From the NCBI GenBank assembly GCA_965644295.1, contig CBFFRP010000434.1, positions 1 to 64,000 on the forward strand: DNA of 64,000 nt, written 5' to 3'. Both the position numbers and the translations under genes were made by a program. The notes beneath the pieces were generated by a model that worked only from the letters and a program-made list of their open reading frames with translations, did no database searches and had not been told where the DNA came from. Source of the stretch: Paraphysomonas bandaiensis. Lineage: Eukaryota; Protista; Chrysophyceae. Position 1 is the first letter of the stretch, and each line of letters opens with the position of its first letter. Positions 12,620 through 25,685 of this stretch are shown here, piece by piece.

Positions 12620-12934
12620 TGTTTACATATGAAGTGGTCTTGATATAGCTGTCGTTGGAATAAATCTGAAGTTCTAACACTTCAGGGGTGATGCTTACTC
12701 TCACCATATTCGGTTTTTGTGTTTTATGGGATGTTTCACCAAGTATTCATTCGAACTGTATGTATTTTGCCCGTGAAAATGCTGATTTTAATAAAATTAA
12801 GTGAAGTACTAGTGTAAATCTAGTAGCCTTGGGAAGGAAAAGATGGCATTTCGTAACTGAATCAGGGCGGGTCACGAACTGAAAATATTCTCACTTGAGT
12901 GTATATATAATTGTATTTTTAGTTGATACGCTAC

Positions 12935-13180
12935 TAGTGAATGTCTGACTATTAGCAATAGGCGTGTAAGAATCAGAACTAGCGTAGCAAAACAATTTAA
13001 CTAACTAGTGCTTAACTCTGATATCTTACTATTTTGCGCTACGACAGCTGCTTGTACGTCACCCCAAGCACTAAGGTGACACTTTACCTTAAGGTGGACT
13101 AGCTATGCTTGACTTAAGTAGGCAGTCCAATACCCCGGATGCCTATTTATTCGACAAGGCCCAAAGACCTAAGACGTCTA
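12935..13180 (+). repeat. Dispersed repeat family A (non-autonomous transposon-like), copy 1
   Basis: TAGTGAATGTCT..TATTAGCAATAGGCGT.TAAGA.TCAG...AATACCCCGGATGCC shared with 30745-31059, 40727, 40998 and 42245-42536. Confidence 0.8.
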
Positions 13181-13406
13181 CAAAATACCGCAGGTTGAGC
13201 GATTCTGGACTATTACTGAGGCCCAGCTGGTTAATACTATTTTTAAATAGTAGATAATAATACTGATGAATTTTTAAACCGACCCAACAATACTACTATT
13301 TTTTTGCACTTAATTGCTCAACTTTAAGCAGAACTTAACAAAGTGCATTATAAGCCAGAAATCATTAGATATATAGATAGGTGATTTCCAACTTTAAATA
13401 GAGGAT

Positions 13407-14903
13407 TTAATGCCTAATACTAGATATCAACTGATTGATAAAACTTAAAGCAGAATTCAATACTCTGATTTGGCCGGTCCTATACCTTCTACAGTTTTCC
13501 ATAAATACAGACCAACACCCTTCACCTCTCAGTTCAGCTTCATATATGGTCATACTATGCGAACTTATTCGCATTACCTCGCTTCTAAACAGCGTGTCTA
13601 ACCAATTGAGGGCAGCCACTTCATTGTCACGAGACCTAATATTGCCCAAACCTTCAAAATCCACAAAAGTGTCATCAATAGAGTAGTCCCGATCAAGATC
13701 TAAGCGCCACTCTTCTGATCCAAATTCAGGCTGTTTCGGTACATCATATACAATATGAAGTATATTATTTTCACTGGCTGAAATTGAACTATCGTCATTT
13801 TGATTAAGAATTGGTAGGGCCGGCCCTACTGTGTTACCGGAAGTGCTCTTGCTGCCTGAATGACACTGTGATCTAGCATACTCCAAGAGACTAGATGGCA
13901 CCCCACTTCCTCGATAAAGCACCACAGAAAACTTCCCAAAGTCTTCATTTCCAGACAGTTCTATTGTGACCACATCTGCAAGATTGTCCTCTAGAGTAAA
14001 TCCAAAATACGCCAAGAGCTCTTCATTGCCCCGGGCACCATAATTTAGACAAATTTCCTCACCGATTGATATTGTTCTTCCAACCGAATACTTCAGTATC
14101 TGAGTGGACTCATGCTTTCCTGACAACTGCAAAGACGATAGAGTTCCCGGTTTATGATTCAGTATATCCAGAAGAGGGACGAGAGCCTCCACCTCTCCTG
14201 TACCAGTAGGAATAAGGATAGCGCGGGACCAGTAAACGGTAGCAGCCCATTGCAGAGCACTCCGGGACAACCAGTACTCGCGTTCAATTGGTGTCGATCC
14301 ACTATTCCCACCGAACACTCTGGATAATAGTGGGACAAAGAACTTTTCAAAAACAATATCAAGCTCATCGTTGAAACGTGATATAACAGAGCTCATACGT
14401 GTATCGTTTAACAAAGAGAGAGCTCGCTCAGACTTTACGCATGTGGCAACGGATACTTCAAAATCTCTGAGTTCGGGCAATATGGTGATATAATGGTGCC
14501 ATCGACTTTCAGTTCCTAAACTCGCCTCATAAACAAGCATGGCATAAACGAATGCCCTGTTCATTGTTTTCTTATTTAAAATACCACTTAAATCCACACA
14601 TGTGTCCAAAGCTTTAATGTGAGGACTAAGAACAGCGTGAGTCTGAGCTGCCTGTGAGGTAAAACAAAGTTCCACTGGAATATGAAATATTTCTTCATTG
14701 GCAGGAATACACTGTGAGGCGATTACATGGAAGCCTCTATCGGGTGAGTGTCGAATATCCAGCAGTGCACACATGCGGGCCCCTTCCTCTTGCACCCACC
14801 GCACGAATGGATACAGAACTGAACTTGACCCTTCACAACACGGTCTCTTGCGGCTGTATCTGCTTTCGTGGTCATTACCCCTATCGCTGCGTTTATTATT
14901 CAT
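13407..14903 (-). CDS. SET-domain lysine methyltransferase (SETD3/Rubisco-LSMT-like), intronless
   Basis: DRGFHVIA, WHHYITILP, ALVPLLDILNH, GEEICLNYG...NEELLAYFGF. Confidence 0.9.
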   Translation of the reverse strand: MNNKRSDRGNDHESRYSRKRPCCEGSSSVLYPFVRWVQEEGARMCALLDIRHSPDRGFHVIASQCIPANEEIFHIPVELCFTSQAAQTHAVLSPHIKALDTCVDLSGILNKKTMNRAFVYAMLVYEASLGTESRWHHYITILPELRDFEVSVATCVKSERALSLLNDTRMSSVISRFNDELDIVFEKFFVPLLSRVFGGNSGSTPIEREYWLSRSALQWAATVYWSRAILIPTGTGEVEALVPLLDILNHKPGTLSSLQLSGKHESTQILKYSVGRTISIGEEICLNYGARGNEELLAYFGFTLEDNLADVVTIELSGNEDFGKFSVVLYRGSGVPSSLLEYARSQCHSGSKSTSGNTVGPALPILNQNDDSSISASENNILHIVYDVPKQPEFGSEEWRLDLDRDYSIDDTFVDFEGLGNIRSRDNEVAALNWLDTLFRSEVMRISSHSMTIYEAELRGEGCWSVFMENCRRYRTGQIRVLNSALSFINQLISSIRH

Positions 14904-15358
14904 GCCACCTCTCTCTTGTCGAGCTGTCCATGTCCATGCAGAGACCAGACCAGAGCAGTGTTACATATAGCTACATAGTACTACACGGTCTGTACAGAGC
15001 AGATATGTGAGTGCAGCAGTATGTATACAGGTACACGTGCACAGGTACAGACACATCTAGACGGATTCAGAGTACACAGCAGAACAGAGTAAAAACTACC
15101 GCAGAATACTGAAAATACACTTTCGACATTCTCAACAGTTTTTCAGTTTAATGACTGTATAAGATACGTAGCATGAAGAAGTGTGTGGTGTGTTGATATG
15201 GGGGAGAGTGATAGTTTTATGTCCAGGCAACATGCATCGTCCAGTGGTAGATAATTAAATTGTATTTCATATACTTCTATCCAAAGTAGGTCAGAGAAGG
15301 TTAGTTTATGGTAGCTGTTTATACGAAAGGATAAATTCTTATTTTGTTTGCAGTAAAT

Positions 15359-15985
15359 ATGCCTCACAGTTTTGGTTATCGCGGGCGCACTCGCCATCTC
15401 TTCAAGAAGGACTTCAAGACCAAGGGTCGCCCTAACACCACCACCTTCCTCCGCACATACAAGGTAGAGTCTCTGCTAGACATAGTATTTATTTGTTTTA
15501 ATTTACGATATAGCGCGGCGACTATGTGGATATTAAAGTCGACTCGTCTGTCCACAAAGGTATGCCCTTCAAGTACTACCACGGCAGAACTGGTGTTGTT
15601 TTCAACGTGACCAAGAGAGCTATCGGTGTTACCGTTAACAAGGAGGTAGGCTGATATATTCGTTGTAGGTATCTGTTTCATTTTTGATTCGATAGGTCAA
15701 CGGCAGAATTCTCGAGAAGCAGATTCACGTCGCCACCCCTCACGTTACGCCTTCCAAGTGCCGTGCTGAGATCATCCGCAGAAAGAAGGAGAACGAGGCC
15801 GCCAAGGCCGCCGCTAGAAAAGGAGGAGGTAGGTGTGTATATTTTTCATTTCTGATGCTTATATTTATAAATTAGAGCGTGTGAATTTGAAGCGTCAGCC
15901 TACCCTGCCTAAGAAGGCTTTCTTCGTAGCTGTCGAGAGCGAACCAGAGACCATCCAGCCTACGCCATACGTTGACCTTGTGTAA
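15359..15985 (+). CDS. RPL21: 60S ribosomal protein L21 (eL21), 3 coding introns
   Basis: [15 protein letters not shown]...GDYVDIK...[20 protein letters not shown]; GT-AG introns restore the frame. Confidence 0.97.
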
Positions 15986-17447
15986 TTTGTTATAATTTCC
16001 ATGGTCTATAATTAATCTGATCTACTCTTGGAAATCAGTGTTTCTTCAGCGTGTATTATGTATATAGTATACTCACAAAACAGTCCAGAATTCTTATCAT
16101 TAGCTAAAGATTAGATAGGACATACCCTGTAGTTCTATATTTAATTATGGGGGCGCTATGAACATAAGATTGCAGGCTGTGATCGATCGCAAGTAAACGT
16201 TTTGTCATTAGCTTTTTAGTATTTAATAAAATCAGAATACAAATTCTAAAAAAGTTTTTAGCAGACTGATTGTTCCAGTTATATCACAGATACATTCAGT
16301 CGTCATTCCTGTTGTTTTTGATCTAGATAGTTATTCCCGTGTCTCGCCAACTCGACCAAGTATATGTGCATAGAAGAACTAGGACCTATATACTTTTATA
16401 CGCAATACTATTTCAATATAAAATATATTTATATATTAGTATCATGTATCTTTGATTAGTACTTAAACACCTGCGTAGATTTCTTTTTCAGTAAGTTTAT
16501 ACCATTTTCTACTATCGACAGTGTTTGAACCTAAGTGTAAGTGGTATTTGCAAGCAAGGCAATACAAATTAACTTGCACAGGAACCGTTCCGTATACCCT
16601 TTGACCTTTGAGGGGTTATATGATAAAGTACGGTGAATATATAACGTACTCTCTTTTACATACTTCGTTTTCGAAAATCCAAGCTAGTGTTTTGAGGGTT
16701 GAAAAATAAATAGGATTGAGGACTATAATTTAAGAAATCATATATTTAGATATAATTCGTCATGAACAGGTAGTCATAGGCTATAGAGGGACAATGTCGA
16801 ATTGAGACAGTGTTCCGCTCGTGGTATCTCAAATGTAGCACAGACTATACAAATATAATAACTAAGTTCTTACAGTGGAGAGAATTTACTTTAACTTTGA
16901 TGATGATGCCATTGCAGTCTCACAAGTACAAGGCACCTAATATACCTATTTGTGACCATAGTTCGACTTCAAGCCTCATTATTGTTGAAGTATAACACTG
17001 AAAGTCACTCAACAATGACGAAAGCAATCAAAGCAGCAAATGACACGACTTGAGTGTATGCTTTTCCAGTCTTGACAAGCCCATATTGTTGAAACCATAC
17101 CTCCTACGTTTCTTTTCGTAAACACTTCATATCGAAGAGTTAATTAGATCCCTCCATCTATAATACAAATTGGCAATTTATTCCTTCGTGAACTCACAGA
17201 TGATGATGCCGTCAGAGAAGTATTCCACTCCTGAACCGACAGATTAACATGTCTTAAGAAGTTATCCGCAATTCTTCTTTACAAAATAAAATTCCTCTAG
17301 TAACAACAATTCACACCTTCCAATATCCTCCAAGCTCAGAAATAAGCATTATATAGAAGTGGTAGATCATCTTTACATTACGCACAATCTACTGATCCAT
17401 ACCTTCGTACCTACCTACCTACCTAGCTTCATACTTACACAAAGATT

Positions 17448-17944
17448 CATACATACATACATACATACATACATACATACATACATACATACATACATAC
17501 ATACATACATACATACATACATACATACATACATACATACATACATACATACATACATACATACATACATACATACATACATACATACATACATACATAC
17601 ATACATACATACATACATACATACATACATACATACATACATACATACATACATACATACATACATACATACATACATACATACATACATACATACATAC
17701 ATACATACATACATACATACATACATACATACATACATACATACATACATACATACATACATACATACATACATACATACATACATACATACATACATAC
17801 ATACATACATACATACATACATACATACATACATACATACATACATACATACATACATACATACATACATACATACATACATACATACATACATACATAC
17901 ATACATACATACATACATACATACATACATACATACATACATAC
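17448..17944 (-). repeat. (CATA)n microsatellite, ~0.5 kb, flanked by a 17-bp direct repeat
   Basis: Array with TACACAAAGATTCATAC at 17436-17452 and 17942-17958. Confidence 0.97.
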
Positions 17945-18046
17945 ACAAAGATTCATACGTACAAACATGATGTATTTCAAGTTGATTCTTGTGCTGTGTT
18001 GCGGTATATTTAGCTGCTCTTATTATCTTCTTGACGTACATACACA

Positions 18047-18543
18047 ATGATGCGCATGTGGGCTTTAATACTTACGTTTGCCGCGGTAGGGTTCGCGCAA
18101 GAGGATTGCTGGAAAACCTGTGACGGTCTGAAGAGGGATGTCCTCACCCTTGAAATGTGCAGGTGGGTTAATCGTGATTGATATATTTCTCTTATTTGTT
18201 GCAGTGAAGCTAAAAGAGTATTGCCTCGACCACGAGTGGGTGACCACTGCACCTCTGCAATGGAGAAAGGATACTTTGACGTACGTAAACCCTTTTGTTT
18301 TTTGTTCCCATATAACACAGCTTTCAGTCATGCATGCCTTTATGCGAAGGGAAGAAACAGCAGTATAGAGTCTCGCCGACTTGCCGTGAGGCTAGTCAAG
18401 AGCTTCCGAAGCCGACTGTGGGAAGGTGGTGTGAACATGGATATCGTGAGGGGTTTGCAGCTGCTACGAAGACTTTCAAAGATATATTTCAACCTCCTGC
18501 TGAAGCGCCCGACTCTCCCGAGGAATCATCAATGGAGTTATAA
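18047..18543 (+). CDS. Small secreted Cys-rich protein of unknown function (introns 18163-18204, 18281-18327)
   Basis: Signal-peptide-like MMRMWALILTFAAVGFA; spliced ORF with 8 Cys; clear paralog at 63608. Confidence 0.85.
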
Positions 18544-21500
18544 ACATTTTATTGAGTAGCTTTTGCATTCCCTATGCAAAATATTAATTGACATCGTACA
18601 GTGTGTGCTTCTGCGATACACGTGTTGGCTGTCATACACTTGACTGATAATGTTGATTTAAACTTTGAAATGTTGTGATTTTCAATGTAACATTTAATTG
18701 AATTTGGGTTAGTTATTCCATGTGTCAGTCATTGTGTTCGTGTATTTATTATCTTTTTCCTTCAACACAACGCAACACAAACTAAACTCGGAGTAGAGGG
18801 TGTCTGAAATAGGAAATAGTGCGCATGCTTTATAACATCGAGAGTATTACAAGCAAGATCGCGTATCAATTTAATGGTGAAAGATATCTAACATTAATAA
18901 TAGCAATTAAATACCAAGTATTTAATCATTGGCTAATAATTACCTTCACGTATTTTGCTCATTCGAACATCACATTCCAAGATTCCGAATTGCACACAGA
19001 AACATCACCACTTCTTGGCTCATACTTGTCATTCGTGTTAGCAGTTTCGTATGCACTTTTGAATGACCTTGTCTTCCTCATCATCCTCTTTTTCTATACT
19101 GAATTCACCTTCGGCTGTGGGGACATCATTCATCAAAAAGCGTCGCACCTGTGCGAATTCAAGTTGTTCTATGCTAACAAAAAATGGGTTTGTACCTATG
19201 ATCAGTAGCTATACAGCTTAAAATGCTATCTATATAATTAAGTCAGCCAACTATTAGCAATTTGTTAGCAACATTTACCAAAATAATAATTGCAACTATC
19301 ATTTATTAACCAATTATTTAACGCAAGTCTAGCTACAAGCTCCCGGCAATGAATCGCAGGGTTTCATGCAAATTAGTCTGATATGGCGTAGTATAGGCAT
19401 ATAGATTAATACCTCCATATAGACCTCGGTTCAATGCTGGGGGAATCATTCTAGACCGCAGCCACAAAGACGACCTCATACGATATACACGACGCCGTGT
19501 TTGCATTACCCTAGACCGCAACCACAACAAAGAATTACCCGCATACGAGAGATAGCATACCACACCACCCTCGACGAACTCAGGAAGAGTAAAGTATCGC
19601 ACCCCTGAATCCACCACCCCATGACGCCCACCCGCTCCCACATATAGACAACAGATGCTTCTACCCGTTCAATCACAATTGCCCACATGCGGCACATCCA
19701 TCCCACCCAGTACTCTTCAAACCCCCTGCAACGTAGAACTTGTCTTATCGGCTGTATGGTCAATGGCATGATTCTGATATGACAAAAGTAATTAGTATTT
19801 GCAAGCTACATCAAGTTTATTTATACCGCTGTTGTGTTCTTGGACTTTGCTGCTACTCCTTTTGCTGTGTTGATTCCATTAACACTCTTCCGTTTCTCCC
19901 CTTGGCACTCCCCACATCGATCTTACGCCCCCCGAGCGGCCACCTTCACCAGCGTTATCACCTTCGACACTGTTGTACTATGGTGCTTGCAGCAATGCAC
20001 AAGACGTTCCGGAGCGATACAACGCATTGTACTATCCATAGTGAACTAAAAAGTAGATGTAGGAGTATAATAGGACTACAAACATGTCTTATTACCGCCG
20101 TATTATCATAAATATAATAGTTCATAAAAACTCTAGGAAGTGAAGCCAACCATAATAATTATACGACATTTAATGTACGGAAGTCAATTTTTTAACTAAA
20201 AATGATCAAATTTTAAAATTTTGACAGTGGGCAATACTCCTTACCCCAAGATTAAACAGTAGCTTATCCTTATGATGTGAATATGCTGAGTTTAATGAAG
20301 TTTATGGGCTGTTTGTTATAGTGAATTTTGTTTACTGTATTACAGGGTTATTATAAGACTACATGTATTGTGAGAGTTTTATTAAATTGATAACTAGTAT
20401 AATAATATCTAGGAACCTTTAAAAAAACTATAATCTTGCAGTCTGCTGAAAATTGCTCATTCTTAACTAGATCTCAGAGAGAATTTGTTGTTAGACTAGA
20501 TATATTAATTAATATCGTTTACACGAAGTTGTGACAAACAGACAATCTTCATCACACGTAATCTTCTACACATGTGAACCTCTCGTTACTAAACATATCT
20601 TGAAAGATCAAACTATTTCAGTTTCTCAATGTCATCACAACATTTGTACATCACTATATTAGACTGTATTCTCGTACATTGTCTTCAAGTGACATACCGA
20701 ATATACTAGAATATAATCCATATTCTAATGCAGTCGACATTACATTCGGCTCTTATAAAATTTAACTTTATGTTACTTAGAGATAAGTTTTTCTATGCAA
20801 AGTAGTGATAAGCACTTATTATCTTTGAGAGATAAAGACCAGCGATTACAGTATATGAGTGCATACTAAGCGGGCAAATATGTAGTGTGTTCAGAATATA
20901 ATCGATATACCATTCATAAAGCAATATATTTAGCTTATTCACTTCAACTAGTTGTGCTGTACATATAGTCCGTTCTAAATTTGTAGGCCTACAGGCACCT
21001 AATCTGGCCCTGTGATGTAGTTGCACCCACTTAACACTCACACAACCTCTGCATAACTTCTACAATTCGCTATAGATACCAATTAACTACATACTTATTG
21101 CACTAGGCTTTGACACAACAGAATGTACTCAGACACTCCGTAAACTACATCCATATATCTTATGTAGCCCGTATCTCTGGAAACTTCCTTCATAAAAACA
21201 TAGGAACATGTGATATCCTAACATTACTTCGAGCACAAATGTTGACAACTGACGACTTCACATTCAATGGGGAAGTCCCTTTAAAGATATCGCATATCTT
21301 GACTCGCAGTCTAACTCGAGCTGAAGTCTTATGTGATTCCACACTTTGACATGTAATTCCACTAAAAAGACAAAATTCGGCAGGCCAATGATTTAATAAA
21401 ATCAAAGATATATTATATATATACATATGCATGGAAATATACCTCAGGAAGACCAAACCTGACATGCGAACTGTTGTTATGAGACAGCAGCTTTGTGCGG

Positions 21501-21780
21501 ATATTTGGTCAATCTAGGGACGACATCTTAAGGGAGACTCTTATTATTAATTACAAACTACATCAGTCACTTGCAATTGTCTGGGTTCTACCAATGGATC
21601 ATGCTATCAGCGATGTGTGCGATAATCATGAGAATTGCGATGGTTTCATACCAGATATTAGGGTGTCAAAAGCTAGAGAGAGCATCGTGAATTCATCTGT
21701 TGCTAATTGACATCACAACACAGCCAGGGGACCATCACAATCATCACAACATCTGGCTGCTTTTAATCACAATGATCTCA

Positions 21781-21840
21781 TACTGCTGTACCTTGCTGCT
21801 TGATTTATTACCCCTCAGTGTATACCGGTATACTGCTGTA
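21781..21840. promoter_or_regulatory. Two TACTGCTGTA motif copies upstream of the cNMP gene
   Basis: Exact 10-mers at 21781 and 21831; the same motif recurs upstream of other genes. Confidence 0.55.
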
Positions 21841-22198
21841 TAGTGCTGATTCCTACTGCCCATATTCGTCATCATCAGCAGCACACTCAAACCAAAAAAG
21901 TTTAACCGGCTGTTTTGAGGCAATTCCACGCAGTGATGACCTACCTGACTTTCTCGAGCCCTACACAGGCGCACATCCACATGGTGTAGTTTACAAGGTA
22001 CACTTCTTTCTCCTGAAGTATGAAGTAGCTATCACAAGGGCTTAGTGTGGTGTATGTTGTATGGTCTCAGTGGTAGAGTTAAATAGTAAGCGAGTATATA
22101 CTCATCTGATAGCTTATGAATCGTATCTACACCTCATGTGTGTATATAATACGTATGTAGACAAGATTTAATGTGAAACGACTGATTCTGCCATCACT

Positions 22199-25100
22199 AT
22201 GAGTGACGTGAACTCTCAGATTAGACAGATCCTGGCGAAACAGGGCGAGCAGAGGTCCTATGACGACCTCATCATACTGAAGTCTCGAATCAGTCAGATG
22301 GATTTCATGAAATCAGTGTTTTCCTCTCTGCATCCTCGTCAGGTCGATGAGCTGTGCAGAGGCATGCTTTTCGAGATATATGAGGCCAATCAGTATGTAT
22401 TCCATCAGGGGGATGTTGGCGATAAGTTCTATGTTGTTCTCTCAGGATCTTGTGACGTCTTATTGAAACAAAAAACAGGAAATCTAGTGCCGGACGAGGA
22501 GGGTAAAATGGTGGAAGAGTATGTTGATAAAGTTATATTCACCTGTAAACCTGGATCACAGTTTGGGGAGAGGGCATTGGATTACGACGAACCACGAGCT
22601 GCAAGTATCATAACAACTGAGTTTACTGAGCTTATCACTATAACGCAAACAGCTTATCGTAAAATGCTAAAGTCTTCTATACACGAAACTCCGCTTGACC
22701 AGCCAGGAAACAAAGGTTATACTCTTCGCGTTTTATCTCTTACTCGTGACAAACGTAAAGCGAATGAATTACATGCTGTTTCTGAGTACTTGTCATCTCA
22801 TGTACCGTTTTTCAAAAAGTTTTCGAAAGATCAGCGAATTGAGATATGTCGAATGTGCGAGCTTGTTAAAGTGTGGGGAAAGACTGTGCTCTTTAAACAA
22901 GGAAGTGTTGGTCAAGCGTTTTATATCGTTCTCACTGGGTCTGTTGACATAATAGTTACTTCTACTGATGATAATGGCGAGTCGGTTGATATCAATGTCA
23001 ACACACTCCACGAAGGTGCGTCCTTCGGTGAGAGAGCACTTGAAGCAGAAGATTCACTTCGTACTGCTTCAATAGTGACTTCGGAGGCACTAACTGAACT
23101 CATTATCATCAACAGGGAAGAGTACCAACGAATTGTTGCAGTGATGCGACAGGGAGATATGATGGAGCGCGTCCGGCTGTTGCGCATGACTCAACTCTTC
23201 GGAGGACTGGAACTACCATATTTACATGATATTGCAAAGACGATGGATTCAAAAGTGTTTCGTCTTGACAGTATTTTGTTTACAATGGACCAGCCAGCAA
23301 AGGACGTATATATCATTAACAAAGGAGAATGTCATGTGGACAGTTTGATGCCGATGGAAAATGGAAGTGCTGAGATTGTTGATCTTGGACGAGTAGGTCC
23401 AGGCGCTGTACTTGGAGAATACTGTCTTTTGGCTGAGTCCTATTACGATGAGGTAAAATATCCACGCCACACTTGAACCCTACTTAAGTTGAAATATGCA
23501 GGTGTTTTTCAAGGAGACTGCGACGGCTACGACCTACTGCTGCGTATTCGTGTTATCGAAAATAGATTTTTTCAATACTCTAAATCCTGAGACCAGAAAT
23601 ATAATTGTCGATACTATTCGTAATTTTTCCCCTTCCTTGACATCTCTCTGGGACATGAGCCCTCGCAGGTATATTATATTGTCGGTTGTATACCAGTAAT
23701 GGTTAATGCAGATTATGTGAACGAGATTGGCGCATTACTCAAACATGGCAAAGTTATAAATCTGAAGTTGCCCATAGTAAAGTACCTAAAGGAATTTTGC
23801 ATCATTTAGAGTACGTTCATTCCTCTATTTTTGTTGTATCGTGATGGACAGCGTAGGTGCTCGACTAAGAGATCGCGAGACCGAAATGAACCTGGTTCAA
23901 AAGTGTTTTCTGTCGGGTCAATGTCTCCACGTTCGTTGCTGTCTTCGCGATATCAGGATAGTCGAGTCAGCTATATATCGATACCTACACCCTCCCCTCA
24001 ACCTCGTTTCGACTTAAGCCCGCGCATATCTTACGATGATAAAAAGTACTATTCGGAGGTGGAGGCATCGCAGCACACTCCCAGAATGGTGACATCTCTG
24101 AGTACCGATTGCCGTAACGTAGAAAGTGAAGTACAACCTGGGGAGTTAGGGCCCGATACTTCTCTACAACAGTTACCTTTTGCTCTTGTACAATTTCACA
24201 GAAATTCGAACAAGCCCGAGATAGTAAAAGGTGCCAGACTTTCTCTAAAGTGCTTCCTGCGCTTTTGCGGGTGCATGAGGAGTGAAGAAGATGCCAAAGT
24301 CGCCGCCGAAATGCAGATACGGAACATAGAAATGACTTCGAAAAACTCAGGTAAGCATTGTTTTATTTTTATAGCCCGGGCTTCTGATATTTGATATATC
24401 TACAGCTCAAACAGCCACTCGTAAGAAAATCAAATCGAAAGTCATCGAATGGAAACGGTTTAATGGCTTCGAAAATATGTCACTGCAACACACCGACCAC
24501 TTTATTATAATGTGTAGATCAGTTCCAGTGGAGACCGCCAGTTTTACTCCAACTGGTGACCTCATGGAACTCCCATTTCCGCTTTCATGCATACAGAAGT
24601 CGCAAAAGTATTGCAGTGTTACCCTACATGATTTGAAACGTCGTTGTCCGGTGTTGTCGACTTCGTCGAGGGCTGAAACAGAAGAAACAAACAACCCCTT
24701 ATATTTAAGGGAGATTTCATGTGTTGTTGAAGTTCATGCAGTATCACACACTAAAATCGAGTCATTGCGCTTTTCGGTACTTGCCCTGAACCCTGCACAT
24801 CAAGCTCCTTATACGTCGTTGCTTGTGGTCCCACTCTATACCTGGGAGATAATATCGGAAGATATGATAAATAGCTACTCCTGCGCTGACTACACAGCCA
24901 GCGTTGCAAGAGACGTAGAGCATCGTCAAAATCGTGAACAACAAGGTATCTCTCCAATGGAACAGTCCAGATCAGCAAGGATGGCTCAGGGTAAAATGAA
25001 ACAATTTGATGGTGTCGACTCAATGAATCGAAATGTACCAGCAAAATCTACTATCACAAGCAATCTGAGTTCTAAGCACGAGTTGTCTCGTGTGCCCCGC

Positions 25101-25685
25101 CGGCGTGATATACAGTCTGTGGCAGGTGAACATGAAGGAAGGGATGCCACAGCCAGCCGTGATAGGGATCATATAAGACCGAATCGGCGTAGCAGGGCTA
25201 TACACTCATATATTACGACTAGTACAGCAGAGAAAAAGGCGACTGATATTGAAGTTGATAAGCGAAAGCGATCATCTGCGACCTCTTTTAATGATGGCAC
25301 GATTATCTCGAATGTTGAACTGGGTGTACAAGAAAGGAAATCGTCAAATTCAGCCATGGGAAGACCTTCAAGGGCGCGAGCATTGAGGTCTGTAAACACT
25401 AGCTCGAAGCGGCAATCGAAATCGGGTTCATCGAACAGATATTCCTCTGAAAAGAATCATATAGATGCGATTTCTACCCTCCAGCCGGCATCTATGATGA
25501 AAAACGTGGTTTTTCAATCCGATGATGCAGTGTCGAGGTCTGCACGCAGTGGACATGGAATTGAAATTGTGAAAAACAACTCCTCTGTTGAACGAAGAAG
25601 GGACAAAGCTCCACATATGAATCGTCAGCTTGACTTATTGGATGAGGCTATGTTCCATACTTTGACTGCAAAGACTGCAGGCTAA
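22199..25685 (+). CDS. Protein with three cyclic-nucleotide-binding domains and a long disordered C-terminus (multi-exon)
   Basis: FHQGDVGDKFYVVLSG...FGERAL...PRAASI; FKQGSVGQAFYIVLTG...FGERAL..LRTASI; degenerate third repeat VYIINKG...LGE. Confidence 0.88.

Noticed and set aside
15160-15353. snoRNA in a possible RPL21 5' UTR intron
   Set aside because: An acceptor is visible at 15353, but no C/D or H/ACA box arrangement was found
18800-21750. Short ORFs and coding-like fragments (e.g. an acidic exon-like piece near 19050-19180 and a CTAGACCGCA direct repeat at 19451/19511)
   Set aside because: No recognisable domain or coherent gene model; probably decayed repeats
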